NCBI GenBank assembly: GCA_963701095.1
Contig: OY969564.1
Location: 2,432,001 to 2,496,000 of the forward strand
Length of the DNA stretch: 64,000 nucleotides
Direction: 5' to 3'
From: an uncultured Methanoregulaceae archaeon
Lineage (GTDB): Archaea > Halobacteriota > Methanomicrobia > Methanomicrobiales > Methanospirillaceae
The notes under the pieces are model-generated. The model was not told where the DNA came from, ran no database searches, and saw only the letters and a list, made by a program, of their open reading frames with translations. The position numbers and the translations under genes are program-made. Positions 10,294-21,095 of this stretch are shown here, in pieces; the first letter of the stretch is position 1; each line of letters opens with the position of its first letter.

Positions 10294-10731
10294 ATGCCCG
10301 CTAGGCTCATTGCTTGGACTTTTCCGACCATTGATGAGGGAAAACCTACAGAGTATAACTGGATCGTCCAGCATATAGACCACTTCAAGCTGGGATATAA
10401 GACGGATATCGGGGCCTTTTCATATATCAACGCCCTGTATGGCGTGACAATTGAAGACTTTGTTCAGATCGGATCACACTGTTCCCTGTATTCGGTTTCA
10501 ACGATAGATGATAAATATGGTCCAGTGTTGCTGAAGAAAAACTGCAGGATCGGCACGCATTCAGTAATCATGCCTGGAGTAACGGTCGGAGAAAATTCGA
10601 GGATCGGAGCGTTTAGCTTTGTGACATCTGACATTCCAGAAAATGTTTTGGCATATGGAGTCCCTGCGCAGGTGATTCGGTCATTGACGCCAGAAGAGCG
10701 GCATGCGAACGGGAACGAGGCTCCAAAATGA
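10294..10731 (+). CDS. hexapeptide-repeat acyltransferase
   Basis: Left-handed beta-helix repeats: IGTHSVIMPGVTVGENSRIGAFSFVTSDIP...GVPA. Confidence 0.82.
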   Translation: MPARLIAWTFPTIDEGKPTEYNWIVQHIDHFKLGYKTDIGAFSYINALYGVTIEDFVQIGSHCSLYSVSTIDDKYGPVLLKKNCRIGTHSVIMPGVTVGENSRIGAFSFVTSDIPENVLAYGVPAQVIRSLTPEERHANGNEAPK

Positions 10732-11852
10732 CTTGGAAGATACCCCTTTTTAAGATGTACTGGGATGACGATGATGTGAATGAAGTTACGGCGGTTTTAA
10801 AATCAGGAATGAATTGGGCATCGGGTTCCCAAATCGAATCATTCGAAAAGATGATCGCGGATTATATGGGAACTAAGCACTGCCTTACCTTCAATTCCGG
10901 TACTTCTGCCCTCCATGCCGCCCTTCTGGCCTACGGCATAGGGCCGGGGGACGAGGTCATCGTCCCCTCATTCACCTTTATTGCTACTGCAAATGCCCCG
11001 AAATTTGTCGGCGCAACGCCGGTCTTTGCGGATATCGAAGAGTCCACGTTTGGTCTTGATCCTACTGATGTCGAAACTCGGATTACCAGAAAAACTAAAG
11101 CTATAATTCCGGTTCATTACGGGGGATTCCCCTGTAAAATCAGAGAACTGAAAGAAGTGGCAAATGAACACGGAATCCTTCTTATCGAGGATGCAGCCGA
11201 ATCCTTTGGCGCGAGCGTCGAGGGGAAGAAAACCGGATCTTTCGGTGATTCTGCAATCCTGAGCTTCTGCCAGAACAAAATCATCACTACCGGTGAAGGT
11301 GGTGCAGTTGTCACAGACAACAAGGAACTTTATGAAAAGATGAAACTTTTCCGGTCCCACGGGCGCCCGGATACGGTCGACTATTTTTCAACAACGGATA
11401 TCTTAGATTATATCACACTGGGATACAACGTACGTATCTCAACTATGACAGCGGCTTTGGGAATAGCCCAGTTAAGGAAAATAGACTACCTCATCTCGAA
11501 ACGGCGGGCGGATGCAAAATATTACCGCGAGAGGCTTGAAAAATTGCCGCAGGTTTCAATTCCTCCCGAAAGACCGAAAACCCGCCCGGTATACCAGTTG
11601 TTCTCCATAAGGGCAAAGAAACGGGATCAATTGATCAAATTTCTTGAAAACCGGGGGATCATGACTAAGGTATACTTTCCCCCGGTCCATAAGACTCATT
11701 ATTACAGGAATGTCCTTGGGTATTCGGATTCACTTCCGGTGACGGACTCCATAGCAGGGGAGATTATCAGTCTACCGTTTTACCCGGGTATATCGAAGCC
11801 GGATATGGATTGTGTTGTTTCTGGGATTGATGAATTTTATAGGGTGATCTGA
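10728..11852 (+). CDS. DegT/DnrJ/EryC1/StrS PLP-dependent sugar aminotransferase
   Basis: NSGTSALH, VPSFTFIATA, IEDAAES and SFCQNKIITTGEGG (PLP lysine). Confidence 0.93.
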   Translation: MTWKIPLFKMYWDDDDVNEVTAVLKSGMNWASGSQIESFEKMIADYMGTKHCLTFNSGTSALHAALLAYGIGPGDEVIVPSFTFIATANAPKFVGATPVFADIEESTFGLDPTDVETRITRKTKAIIPVHYGGFPCKIRELKEVANEHGILLIEDAAESFGASVEGKKTGSFGDSAILSFCQNKIITTGEGGAVVTDNKELYEKMKLFRSHGRPDTVDYFSTTDILDYITLGYNVRISTMTAALGIAQLRKIDYLISKRRADAKYYRERLEKLPQVSIPPERPKTRPVYQLFSIRAKKRDQLIKFLENRGIMTKVYFPPVHKTHYYRNVLGYSDSLPVTDSIAGEIISLPFYPGISKPDMDCVVSGIDEFYRVI

Positions 11853-12879
11853 TTGGACAATAAATCGTTTTACAAAAACAAGCGTATCCTTGTCACAGGT
11901 GGGGTAGGTTCGATTGGTCGTGAACTCGTCAAGAAAATGCTGAGTTATGATCCATTCATCGTACGGGTGTTCGATAATAACGAGACGGGTCTTTTCGATC
12001 TTGAGAACGAACTGAATTCAAACAAGATCCGACCCCTGCTTGGAGATGTCCGGGACAAGGAACGGCTCCTGATGGCTTTTGATGGCATCGATATCGTGTT
12101 TCATGCGGCAGCCTTAAAGCACGTGCCGTTATGTGAGTCCAATCCGTTCGATGCCGTCAAGACAAATGTCCTCGGTACACAAAATGTGCTGGAAGCCGCC
12201 CTTTCAAGGGAAGTCGGGAAAGTAATCAATATCAGGTACTGATAAAGCAGTAAGCCCTACTAACGTTATGGGAGCAACAAAACTCCTTGCTGAAAGATTA
12301 ACTATATCAGCAAATTATTACCGGGGAACAAAAAGAACAGTATTTTCAAGTGTACGGTTTGGGAATGTGTTGAATTCAAGGGGGTCGGTAATTCCTCTTT
12401 TCAAAAATCAGATTCAGAAGGGGGGCCCGGTTACAGTTACTGATAAAAAAATGACCCGTTTTTTTATGGATATTCCATCAGCCGTGGAATTGATTATAAA
12501 TGCAGGACGGATCAGCCATGGCAGAGAAATTTTTATCTTAAAAATGTCGGCAATGAATATTATCGATCTTGCTAATGCTATGATTGACGAATATGGGCCA
12601 CTTTACGGTTTTCGTCCTGATGAGATCAAGATAAAAATTATCGGTAAACGAGGGGGAGAAAAATTTTTCGAGGAATTAATGACAAAGGAAGAAGCCGTAT
12701 ATGCCTATGAAAATGATGAGATGTTTATAATCTTGCCACAGAAACTCACCCATGATGAACCGTTTGCGGCAAAAATACCTCATTCTTTCAAAAAATCCAA
12801 TGTTGAGGAATTCTCATCAAGAAAATCATATTTATTAAACGGTGACGAGATCCGTACATTGATACGAAAAATACAATAA
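11853..12879 (+). CDS. NDP-HexNAc 4,6-dehydratase (Polysacc_synt_2 family), split by a +1 indel
   Basis: TGGVGSIG, HAAALKHV, MGATK, RFGNV.SRGSV and MTRF. Removing one G at 12235-12236 restores the conserved ISTDKAV.PTNVMGATK. Confidence 0.88.
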
Positions 12880-13001
12880 AACCTTTCAGTGTTTTCCGAT
12901 CTCTTGCGCGGCCTGAATCACTCGACAAATTGATATCCCATTGTTCCAACGTCCAATCACACATAAGAATACCAGTAAGCATTTCGATGGAGACAAAGTT
13001 C

Positions 13002-14294
13002 ATGTCGTATAATTTCAAAACACGTTTAACTCCCTACGTTAGTCTATTGCGTGGAGTTTTTCAAAAAGAGACATGGCAGCACCTGCAACCTTGTGATGTT
13101 CTTCTGGTACGAAATGATAACGATTGTGGATACACATTTCATGGACAAGCGTACGCTCAGATTATTGATTCATTCGGCGATCTATGTGAAAACCGAGGTC
13201 TTGTCGTAAGATCTGTTGCCACACCTCATTCTAAGTTGATCGGTAAACAGGCATATCGCTCTCCTGTGTCTTATGACCGATCTTTTTGTATTATAACTAT
13301 TATGGGAGGAATTGTCAAAATATTCAGAATATTAGGCATCGGAAGAAATTGGTCCAACCAACATCAGATAAATCTGTGGCACCGTATCCTAGAAAAGGCA
13401 ACACCGAAATACATCATCGGGATACAGCCAGACAAATATCTCTGCAAAGCAGGGAGAATAAAACAAATCCCCGTTTTCGATCTCCAGCACGGGGTTATAT
13501 CTGAAGGAGATTATTATTACGGGGGAATGTACCGGAAAGAGACCCCTGTCGAGAATCTCCCGGCGGGATTTCTTTGCTGGGACGAGATAAGTATGGCCAT
13601 AATTTCAAAATGGGCACACAAAAAGGAGATACGTGTAATAAAAACGGGAAATCCTTGGTTCTTACGTTATTTAGAGAGGAAACCGGATGATCTCTTGGTA
13701 AAAGAAGTTATGGCAGAGGCGGTAATTCCTGATATACTCCGTCCCCGGATAGTAGTCTCATTACAGTGGGGAATGGCAAAAAATTATCCAGAGGATATAT
13801 TCTCATGTTTAATTGGCGAGGCTCTGGAACAAGCGATTCTGGACACTTTAGGTATATATGATTGGATTCTCAGGCTTCATCCTGTTCAGCTAAGGGATGA
13901 TCGTGAGAGAGAAATGATACTTTCATACCTAAATGCGACTTTTGGTACCACGAAGACAAGGGATTGGATCCGGATAAGTGAATTCCCCCTGCCGGTAGTC
14001 CTTTCTCATGCAGATCTCCATATCACGTATTCAAGTTCCACTGTAACAGAAGCTGCATGGATGGGTATCCGGAGCGGTTTATTAGGTAAGCATTTGAACG
14101 CTGGCGGGAAGTATGAGGATCTATTTACTTACGAACGAAGTATCGGCATGGCTGAAGTGATCCCGCAGGATGCTGATTTTATAAAAAAGTGGATTGCGGA
14201 TACTCTTGCCAAAGGACGTGGGGAACCAACAATGGAAGGTTCAGAAAAGAATCTGAATGCGTTCATAGATGAGATTGTCGGGATGAAATCATGA
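13002..14294 (+). CDS. hypothetical GT-B-like protein, candidate nonulosonate transferase
   Basis: DLQHGVI, LCWD, TGNP, LRLHP and SSTVTEAAWMG motifs. ATG 13002 follows GGAG and the gene sits inside the neu operon. Confidence 0.5.
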   Translation: MSYNFKTRLTPYVSLLRGVFQKETWQHLQPCDVLLVRNDNDCGYTFHGQAYAQIIDSFGDLCENRGLVVRSVATPHSKLIGKQAYRSPVSYDRSFCIITIMGGIVKIFRILGIGRNWSNQHQINLWHRILEKATPKYIIGIQPDKYLCKAGRIKQIPVFDLQHGVISEGDYYYGGMYRKETPVENLPAGFLCWDEISMAIISKWAHKKEIRVIKTGNPWFLRYLERKPDDLLVKEVMAEAVIPDILRPRIVVSLQWGMAKNYPEDIFSCLIGEALEQAILDTLGIYDWILRLHPVQLRDDREREMILSYLNATFGTTKTRDWIRISEFPLPVVLSHADLHITYSSSTVTEAAWMGIRSGLLGKHLNAGGKYEDLFTYERSIGMAEVIPQDADFIKKWIADTLAKGRGEPTMEGSEKNLNAFIDEIVGMKS

Positions 14295-14923
14295 ATGAAA
14301 TCGCTCCAATAATTATTATCGATTATGGTATGGGAAACCTTGGTTCAATGGCGAACATGCTAAAAAAAATCCGTGTTCCCGCAAAAATATCATCTGACCC
14401 TGAAATCATAGAATCAGCAGAAAAGCTAATCCTGCCCGGCGTCGGTTCATTCGATCATGGAATGCAAAAACTGCATGAACTCAACTTAACGGAAATTCTC
14501 AACAAAAAAGTTGTCCAGGATAAAACCCCTATCCTGGGCATTTGTCTCGGTATGCAGTTATTCACAAAAAAAAGTGAGGAAGGTGTCAGGCAGGGGCTTG
14601 GCTGGATAGATGCAAACACCGTCAAATTTAGTGTAGATAAAAACTCGTCCCTCAAAATACCCCATATGGGGTGGAATACGCTGAATATCAAGAAATCGCA
14701 TTTCCTTATGAAAGATACCGATAGTAACGCTATGTATTATTTTGTTCATTCTTTTCATGTAGTCTGCAATAAAGACGAAGATGTTCTGTCAACCACACAC
14801 TATGGATATGATTTTGTATCTTCCCTTGCAAACAATAACATCATCGGAGTTCAATTCCATCCGGAAAAAAGTCATAAATATGGTATGAAGTTATTAGAGA
14901 ACTTTTGTCGCAGCGCACAATAG
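14291..14923 (+). CDS. HisH-like glutaminase of acetamidino module 2
   Basis: IDYGMGNLGS, GICLGMQ, PHMGWN and QFHPEKS. Confidence 0.9.
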   Translation: MNEIAPIIIIDYGMGNLGSMANMLKKIRVPAKISSDPEIIESAEKLILPGVGSFDHGMQKLHELNLTEILNKKVVQDKTPILGICLGMQLFTKKSEEGVRQGLGWIDANTVKFSVDKNSSLKIPHMGWNTLNIKKSHFLMKDTDSNAMYYFVHSFHVVCNKDEDVLSTTHYGYDFVSSLANNNIIGVQFHPEKSHKYGMKLLENFCRSAQ

Positions 14924-14942
14924 TCCTTCATGAGGTCTTTAT

Positions 14943-15707
14943 TTGATCCGTACTCGGGTAATCCCCTGCTTGTTGTTGAAAGGGAATGGATTAGTAAAGA
15001 CCACCCATTTTTCCGATCCAAACTATATTGGAGATCCTATTAATGCAGTAAAGATTTTCAATGATAAAGAAGTCCATGAATTGGTATTCCTCGATATTAC
15101 GGCATCTGCAGAAAAGAGATCACCCCGGCTGGATTTTATCTCTGGCATCGCAAGCGAGTGTTTCATGCCGCTTGGATATGGTGGAGGGATAAGAACCGTA
15201 AAACAGGCAGAGGATATTTTTAATCGCGGTGTTGAGAAAATAATTATTAATTCATTTGCAATTGAACATCCAGATTTTATCACTGAGCTTGCTGATATGT
15301 TCGGAAGCCAGAGTATTGTTGTTTCTATCGATGCAAAAAAGAATTTTTTTGGTAATTACCAGACCTTTACCCTGGGTGGCAAAACAAAAACCCGCTGGGA
15401 TCCTGTCACATGGTCACAAAAAGCGGAAGAGCTGGGCGCGGGAGAAATTTTTTTGAATTCTATCGATGGTGATGGTACCATGAAAGGGTATGATATACCT
15501 CTCATAAAATCTGTATCTGATGCGGTATCAATCCCTGTGGTTGCATGCGGAGGAGCCAGGACCGTGAAAGATTTTGGCAGAGCCGTTCATGAAGGTGGAG
15601 CTTCCGCTGTCGCCGCAGGAAGTATGTTTGTATACTACGGAAAACACCGGGCAGTTTTAATTAATTTCCCTGATGATGATGAGTTAAAATCAGGTGGGTT
15701 AGAGTAA
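14943..15707 (+). CDS. AglZ/WbuZ-type HisF-like subunit of acetamidino module 2
   Basis: RVIPCLLLK (lacks the HisF catalytic Asp11), IGDPINAVKIFNDKEV.EL, ECFMP and AVLINFP; TTG start. Confidence 0.88.
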   Translation: MIRTRVIPCLLLKGNGLVKTTHFSDPNYIGDPINAVKIFNDKEVHELVFLDITASAEKRSPRLDFISGIASECFMPLGYGGGIRTVKQAEDIFNRGVEKIIINSFAIEHPDFITELADMFGSQSIVVSIDAKKNFFGNYQTFTLGGKTKTRWDPVTWSQKAEELGAGEIFLNSIDGDGTMKGYDIPLIKSVSDAVSIPVVACGGARTVKDFGRAVHEGGASAVAAGSMFVYYGKHRAVLINFPDDDELKSGGLE

Positions 15708-15722
15708 ATAAAGGGATAAAAA

Positions 15723-16841
15723 ATGGCCGAAAAATATCAGATATGTAATCGTTGTGTGATGGATACTTCAGATCCTGAAATACAGTTTGATGAAAATGGG
15801 GTGTGCAATCATTGTCATCAGTATGATGAATCCGTGAAGAGATTTGTTTTTGATGGTGAAAAAGGAAAAGAAAAGTTAAATGCGATTGTTAACGAAATCA
15901 AAAAATCCGGCGTGGGAAAAGAGTATGATTGTATAATCGGCGTCAGTGGCGGCGTTGATAGTTCATATGTAGCCTATAAGGTGAAAGAATTGGGTCTGCA
16001 CCCTTTGGCCGTGCATCTTGATAATGGCTGGGATTCTGAACTTGCCGTAAAAAATATTGAATTGTTTTTAAAGAAACTTGATATCGATCTCGATACACAT
16101 GTGATCGACTGGGAAGAGTTTAAGGATCTTCAATTGTCGTTCCTGTATTCGTCGACCCCCGATTCTGAAATCCCCAGTGATCATGCGATCAATGCAATTT
16201 TACACGATATTGCACATAAAAGAAAGATAAAATATATTATTTATGGATGCAACGTCAGAACCGAATCCCATCTCCCCCGATCATGGTCCCAGGGTCACCT
16301 GGATTGGAAATATATCACAAGCATTCACAAGAAATACGGCCATCTTCCCCTCACAACGTTCCCCCATATGGATTTTTTCACGCTTAATCGCTACCTGATT
16401 GCCCATAAAACAATAAACATTCTGAACTATCTTGACTACTCCAAGAAAAACGCGATGAAAATTCTTGAAAACGAACTGGGATGGAAATATTACGGGGGTA
16501 AACATTATGAATCGATTTACACCCGGTTCTATCAGGGGTATATTCTGCCAAGAAAATTCGGATACGACAAAAGAAGAATGCATTTATCCAGCTTAATCTG
16601 TTCAGGAGAAATCGCCCGGTCCGAAGCGATTGACGAATTAAAAAATGAACCTTATCCAGAGGAACTTCAAAACGATGACAAGGAATATGTCATAAAAAAA
16701 CTGGGAATTACCGAAACAGAATTTGATCGCATTATGCATCTCCCGAAAAGGAAATTTGAAGATTTCCCCTCGTATGGAAATTCTAAAATATACCGTGGAC
16801 TCAGTATAATTTTCCGTATTCTGGATAAAGCTTTTAACTAG
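15723..16841 (+). CDS. N-acetyl sugar amidotransferase (WbpG/AglX-like), module 2
   Basis: CNRCVMDTSD...CNHC, PP-loop SGGVDSS, DNGWDSELA, YGGKHYES and KFGYDKRR. Confidence 0.9.
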   Translation: MAEKYQICNRCVMDTSDPEIQFDENGVCNHCHQYDESVKRFVFDGEKGKEKLNAIVNEIKKSGVGKEYDCIIGVSGGVDSSYVAYKVKELGLHPLAVHLDNGWDSELAVKNIELFLKKLDIDLDTHVIDWEEFKDLQLSFLYSSTPDSEIPSDHAINAILHDIAHKRKIKYIIYGCNVRTESHLPRSWSQGHLDWKYITSIHKKYGHLPLTTFPHMDFFTLNRYLIAHKTINILNYLDYSKKNAMKILENELGWKYYGGKHYESIYTRFYQGYILPRKFGYDKRRMHLSSLICSGEIARSEAIDELKNEPYPEELQNDDKEYVIKKLGITETEFDRIMHLPKRKFEDFPSYGNSKIYRGLSIIFRILDKAFN

Positions 16842-16933
16842 ACAAAAGATGTATCTGCGCCGTATTGCAATTTAATAATCACGATAGAATTGAACGTAAA
16901 ACAACGAAATAAAATTATCAGTGTTCCAATATT

Positions 16934-18082
16934 TTACGATTGAATTATCTCATAAAATTTTTCTGCACTTGTTGATATATTATTGGCAACAGGGTATCCT
17001 GAATCAAGGACTGTATCCGGATACTGCAGCATAATTTTTTTTAACATCTGGATACAAGCTTCAACATTTGATGCCTGGTAAGTGAAAATATACTTCCCAA
17101 AATAATCTTTAATTGCTGTAATGTCATCATTTTTGTTAACCGGAATAAGCGCTAAACCTCCTGAAAAAATGCCTTCCCAAACGGTCCGGCCAAGAGGCAG
17201 ATAATCTTCGCAACGGATTACTACATCTGTTATTGCAAAATATTTTCTGGTATCTGTATGTTCACCAAGATATTTCACATTTTTAAATTCTTGTAAAAAC
17301 TTAACGCCGTTATCTCCCGAAGTACCTGCTGTTTTTCCAATAACGAGAAAAACGAGATTCCCTATACCAACAGAAGATTTCACGATATCAATAAAAAAAT
17401 CAAGGCCTTTTTCTTTTCCGACCGTTCCGAACAGCGACACAATAAAAGCATCAGGAGGGATACCCAGTTCTGCTTTGATGGATTTTTTTTGTGCCCGTAA
17501 TGTTCGTGATTGTGTCATATCAAATGGATTAATAATTACTATGGATTTTCCGCTTGAAGAAAAAGATAAGTCGGATATTGGATCGATTGATATAATTTTT
17601 GTTGCATACCGTATTATAACAAAAATTGCAATTCTTGCCCCGATTGAACCATCAGGAACTTCACGGATATGGATTACCCGGTTCATGGATTTGGGTAAAA
17701 CCAGGAGCAGGGGCCATAATACCATCGAATTTAAATGAATTGTAGTAACTCCTTCCCGGCGAAGAATTGTATTGTACCGAAAAAAGAAAATAATGGTGAG
17801 AAAAAATTGTTTGAATGGCGAATATAATTTCAGGAAAAGATTTATTGGTGCCCCTTTGTAGATGGGGCTGAAGGGTAATATGCATTCATAACTTTTTATC
17901 GAATTCTTCAAATTAAAATACAAGTCGTTTTTTTCATTGGATTGTCCTTTTACTTTATCATGAATAATGATGCAGTCTTCCGGTTTTAATTTCCCTGCAT
18001 CAAGCAAATATTGAATGGTTGTGGAAGAACTCAGTGAACCGCCACCGACACCAATTGCGTGAGCAATAAATGCAATCTTCAA
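16934..18082 (-). CDS. GT4-family glycosyltransferase
   Basis: HIRE, G.V..EKG and E..PLGRTVWEG motifs; TTG start after a GGTGA SD. Confidence 0.75.
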   Translation of the reverse strand: MKIAFIAHAIGVGGGSLSSSTTIQYLLDAGKLKPEDCIIIHDKVKGQSNEKNDLYFNLKNSIKSYECILPFSPIYKGAPINLFLKLYSPFKQFFLTIIFFFRYNTILRREGVTTIHLNSMVLWPLLLVLPKSMNRVIHIREVPDGSIGARIAIFVIIRYATKIISIDPISDLSFSSSGKSIVIINPFDMTQSRTLRAQKKSIKAELGIPPDAFIVSLFGTVGKEKGLDFFIDIVKSSVGIGNLVFLVIGKTAGTSGDNGVKFLQEFKNVKYLGEHTDTRKYFAITDVVIRCEDYLPLGRTVWEGIFSGGLALIPVNKNDDITAIKDYFGKYIFTYQASNVEACIQMLKKIMLQYPDTVLDSGYPVANNISTSAEKFYEIIQS

Positions 18083-18133
18083 TTCATCACCATTTTTTAC
18101 ATAGAACTTTATGTGGAGGACGTAATCTATTTA

Positions 18134-19825
18134 TCATTTTTCAATTAAAAAGTCACCAATCGCAAGGCAATCTAAACCTGTATCATAAAAACATTTTATT
18201 GCGTCGCTCGGGTTGCAGACTATCGGTTCTCCTCTGACATTGAATGAAGAATTTAATATTACCGGGACTCCGGTTATATCTCCAAAAAATTTTATTAAAT
18301 CGTAATATTTGGGATTAGCTTCTCTTCTCAAAACCTGCGGCCTCACTGTTCCATCAACGTGAACGACCGCGGGAATTTCATGCGCAGCTGAGGGTTTTAC
18401 ATCAAACGAAGTTATCATGAATTCCTCATTCCTCGCACCTTCCAGAAAATCGTCTCTTGATTCAATTATCATTGATGGGCAAAAAGGCCTGAAACCTTCC
18501 CGGAATTTTACCCGTGCGTTAATGATATCTTTATTTTTTGCAGACATGGGGCTCATTATTATTGACCTGCTGCCAAGAGCCCGGGGCCCGGATTCCATCC
18601 TGCCCTGGAACCAGCCCACAATCTTGCCGTCAGCGAGATAGCTGGCGCATGTTTTTGAAATATTTTCGTCATATCTGAATTTCAGGTTGCGATTAACAAG
18701 AATGTTCTCTATTTCTTTATTTGAAAATTCGGGCCCCCAATAGAGATCGGAAATTTTTTGATGCTGAGTGTGATTTTGCAGTTGATGATAGAGGTATAAT
18801 GCAGCGCCAAGTGAAAGACCTCCGTCCCCTGGATTTGGAAAGATATGATGGTTTTTTACTTTACCTGAATACCAGATACGCTGGTTCAACTTGACATTGA
18901 GGAACACTCCTCCTGCACAACAGAGGTTCCGGGTATTTTCTTTTTCAAGCCAGGGAAAAATAATATTCATTACCTGTTCTTCAAGCACTCTTTGAGCTTC
19001 AGCGGCGATATCTTCAGGACCAAATTTTTCGACCAGTTTTTTTATTTCATATGCTTCGTCAAAATGCCACTGGATCGAACCATTTTCATTATAAACGAAT
19101 GCCTGACCAAAATCATGGTGTTTAATCAGCTCACCATCTTTGAAGTGCGGATAGAATGGATCGAGGAGCCCTTTCACATTTTCGTAATTCCCATAGGGAG
19201 CAAGGCCCATTGTTTTACCTTCTCCATCCCCGTGCCACCATCCTAAAGATTCAGTCACGTTGCTATAAAACAAACCAATCGACGCAATATAGGGAAATTT
19301 TTTCAGGGGGATGATTTCGCCGTTTTCTCCACGATATATACATATTGAATATCCGTCCCCTCCACCGTCAATCGTAACAATTAATTGTTTTTCTGAAGAC
19401 CCGGTGGTAAAATACGCCGAGGCTGCATGTGCAGTATGATGCTCAATTTTTGAGAATTGGGTTTTTTCACTTAATTTAAATCTTTTAATATACAGTGGCG
19501 GTTTAATCGACGGAAGTATTTGCATTTTTTCGAGATTATACTTTGCTATTTTTTTGATTTTATTCATAAATGTCCCGGAAGACGGCATATTTTCAAATAA
19601 AAATTTTAAGGTATTACTCGGTTCTAACGAGGGAAGAGCGATATAATCGATATCCTCCATTTTGATTTTTCCGGCCTGCAGACAATATTCTATGGAACGG
19701 ATTGGAAGGCCGGCATAATGTTTAATGCGCACAAAGCGTTCTTCAGAGACATCGGCAATAATTTTCCCATCTATGAGAAGTGAAGCGCCGCTATCGTGGC
19801 CTATGTGAATTCCTAAAATCTTCAT
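18134..19825 (-). CDS. NodU/CmcH-family O-carbamoyltransferase
   Basis: MKILGI..GHDS, EERF.R.KH, HH.AHAAS, DG.GD, EGKTMGLAPYG, GGVFLNVKLN, E.GPRALG.RS and NSSFNVRGEP. Confidence 0.92.
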   Translation of the reverse strand: MKILGIHIGHDSGASLLIDGKIIADVSEERFVRIKHYAGLPIRSIEYCLQAGKIKMEDIDYIALPSLEPSNTLKFLFENMPSSGTFMNKIKKIAKYNLEKMQILPSIKPPLYIKRFKLSEKTQFSKIEHHTAHAASAYFTTGSSEKQLIVTIDGGGDGYSICIYRGENGEIIPLKKFPYIASIGLFYSNVTESLGWWHGDGEGKTMGLAPYGNYENVKGLLDPFYPHFKDGELIKHHDFGQAFVYNENGSIQWHFDEAYEIKKLVEKFGPEDIAAEAQRVLEEQVMNIIFPWLEKENTRNLCCAGGVFLNVKLNQRIWYSGKVKNHHIFPNPGDGGLSLGAALYLYHQLQNHTQHQKISDLYWGPEFSNKEIENILVNRNLKFRYDENISKTCASYLADGKIVGWFQGRMESGPRALGSRSIIMSPMSAKNKDIINARVKFREGFRPFCPSMIIESRDDFLEGARNEEFMITSFDVKPSAAHEIPAVVHVDGTVRPQVLRREANPKYYDLIKFFGDITGVPVILNSSFNVRGEPIVCNPSDAIKCFYDTGLDCLAIGDFLIEK

Positions 19826-20059
19826 GAGTTTACCCTTACTATTATGAGGGAGGGAACTTATGTAAAAGTTATGACCGGCAATCAATTCTGCTTCTATACG
19901 GGCACTTTTCCGAAATCAAATAAAAATTTGACCTGAATTCTGAATTGATTCGTTCAATTCGTAATTTTACTTTCCTAAAAGAGTGGTAATAAAGAAATTT
20001 GCGAGTGGCTTCCATGAAATGCCCGGGAAAATAAAAATCGATTGACAGGTATTCTTATC

Positions 20060-20977
20060 TTAATGTTCAGGTTGAATATGAGTCTTATACCCGAACTTAT
20101 TGGTGATATATTGAGTAAAAAGAACGGTTATATTTTTTACGCAGTCCACCGGATTCATCCGGAATGCTTTACCTAAATACCGCATTCCCTCGCGTCTTTT
20201 ACCCAGATGAATATAATCAAGTCCCCCTTTAACATAGACATAATTATAGACCTCATATTTTTCAGCCGCCAAATCCTTAGGGAGATGGGGATCTGCAAAG
20301 ACTTTTTTCAGGATGCTCTCATAATCATTCACATACCTGTGCATCAATGCAACACTTTTTGCATCATGGTAGATCTTTGCCGTTGCCAGAGTGTGCGGTA
20401 TGTACTTGATTTTGAAGAGAAGCCCGGCACGGATCCAGTAATCCAGATCCATGGCAAGATGAAGGTTCTCGTCGATCCCGCCAATTTTTTCATAGAGCGA
20501 TCTACGAAGAAAAACAGCCGGTTGAAGAATATTATTCCTGCAGTAGATCAAATCTCGCAAACTAAATTCACCCGCATGCAACGCCCGGAGAAACGTACCT
20601 TTCTCATCGGTTAGTATCCCATCCCCATAGACCATACCGACGTCAGGATGTTTGTTGAAGTACTCCACGGCAATCCTGACAGCATCTTTTGTATAGGTAT
20701 CATCTGCATTCAGGTAGGCGATGATGTCTCCATGTGCCATTTTCCAGCCCTTGTTGATTGCATCTGATTGTCCCTGGTCGGGTTCAGAGATCCAGAAAAT
20801 CTGCCCGTCGTATCTTTTCAGGATCGCCAGTGTTTCATCTGTAGAGCCCCCGTCAATAATGATATGTTCGATATTTTTGTAGGTCTGATTACGAATGCTC
20901 AGAATAGTTTCTTCTATATAGGATCCCTTATTGAATGACGGTGTTATGATTGAAACAAGAGGGGTTTTACCATTCAT
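20060..20977 (-). CDS. GT2-family glycosyltransferase
   Basis: VSIITPSFN, IDGGSTD, SEPDQGQSDAINKG and YLNADD. Confidence 0.9.
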   Translation of the reverse strand: MNGKTPLVSIITPSFNKGSYIEETILSIRNQTYKNIEHIIIDGGSTDETLAILKRYDGQIFWISEPDQGQSDAINKGWKMAHGDIIAYLNADDTYTKDAVRIAVEYFNKHPDVGMVYGDGILTDEKGTFLRALHAGEFSLRDLIYCRNNILQPAVFLRRSLYEKIGGIDENLHLAMDLDYWIRAGLLFKIKYIPHTLATAKIYHDAKSVALMHRYVNDYESILKKVFADPHLPKDLAAEKYEVYNYVYVKGGLDYIHLGKRREGMRYLGKAFRMNPVDCVKNITVLFTQYITNKFGYKTHIQPEH

Positions 20978-21095
20978 TTTTCCTAATCCCGAAAATCTAT
21001 AAAATATTTGGGGGGTACTGCCTTAACAATCATTCCCCATAAAAACGGATATGTATTATTTAAAGTTGCTAACCTCTGAATAAATGATATAAGAT

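Noticed and set aside
4850..15707. hisH/hisF pairs as histidine biosynthesis genes
   Set aside because: Both are operonic with N-acetyl sugar amidotransferases in a glycan island, and one HisF lacks the catalytic Asp.
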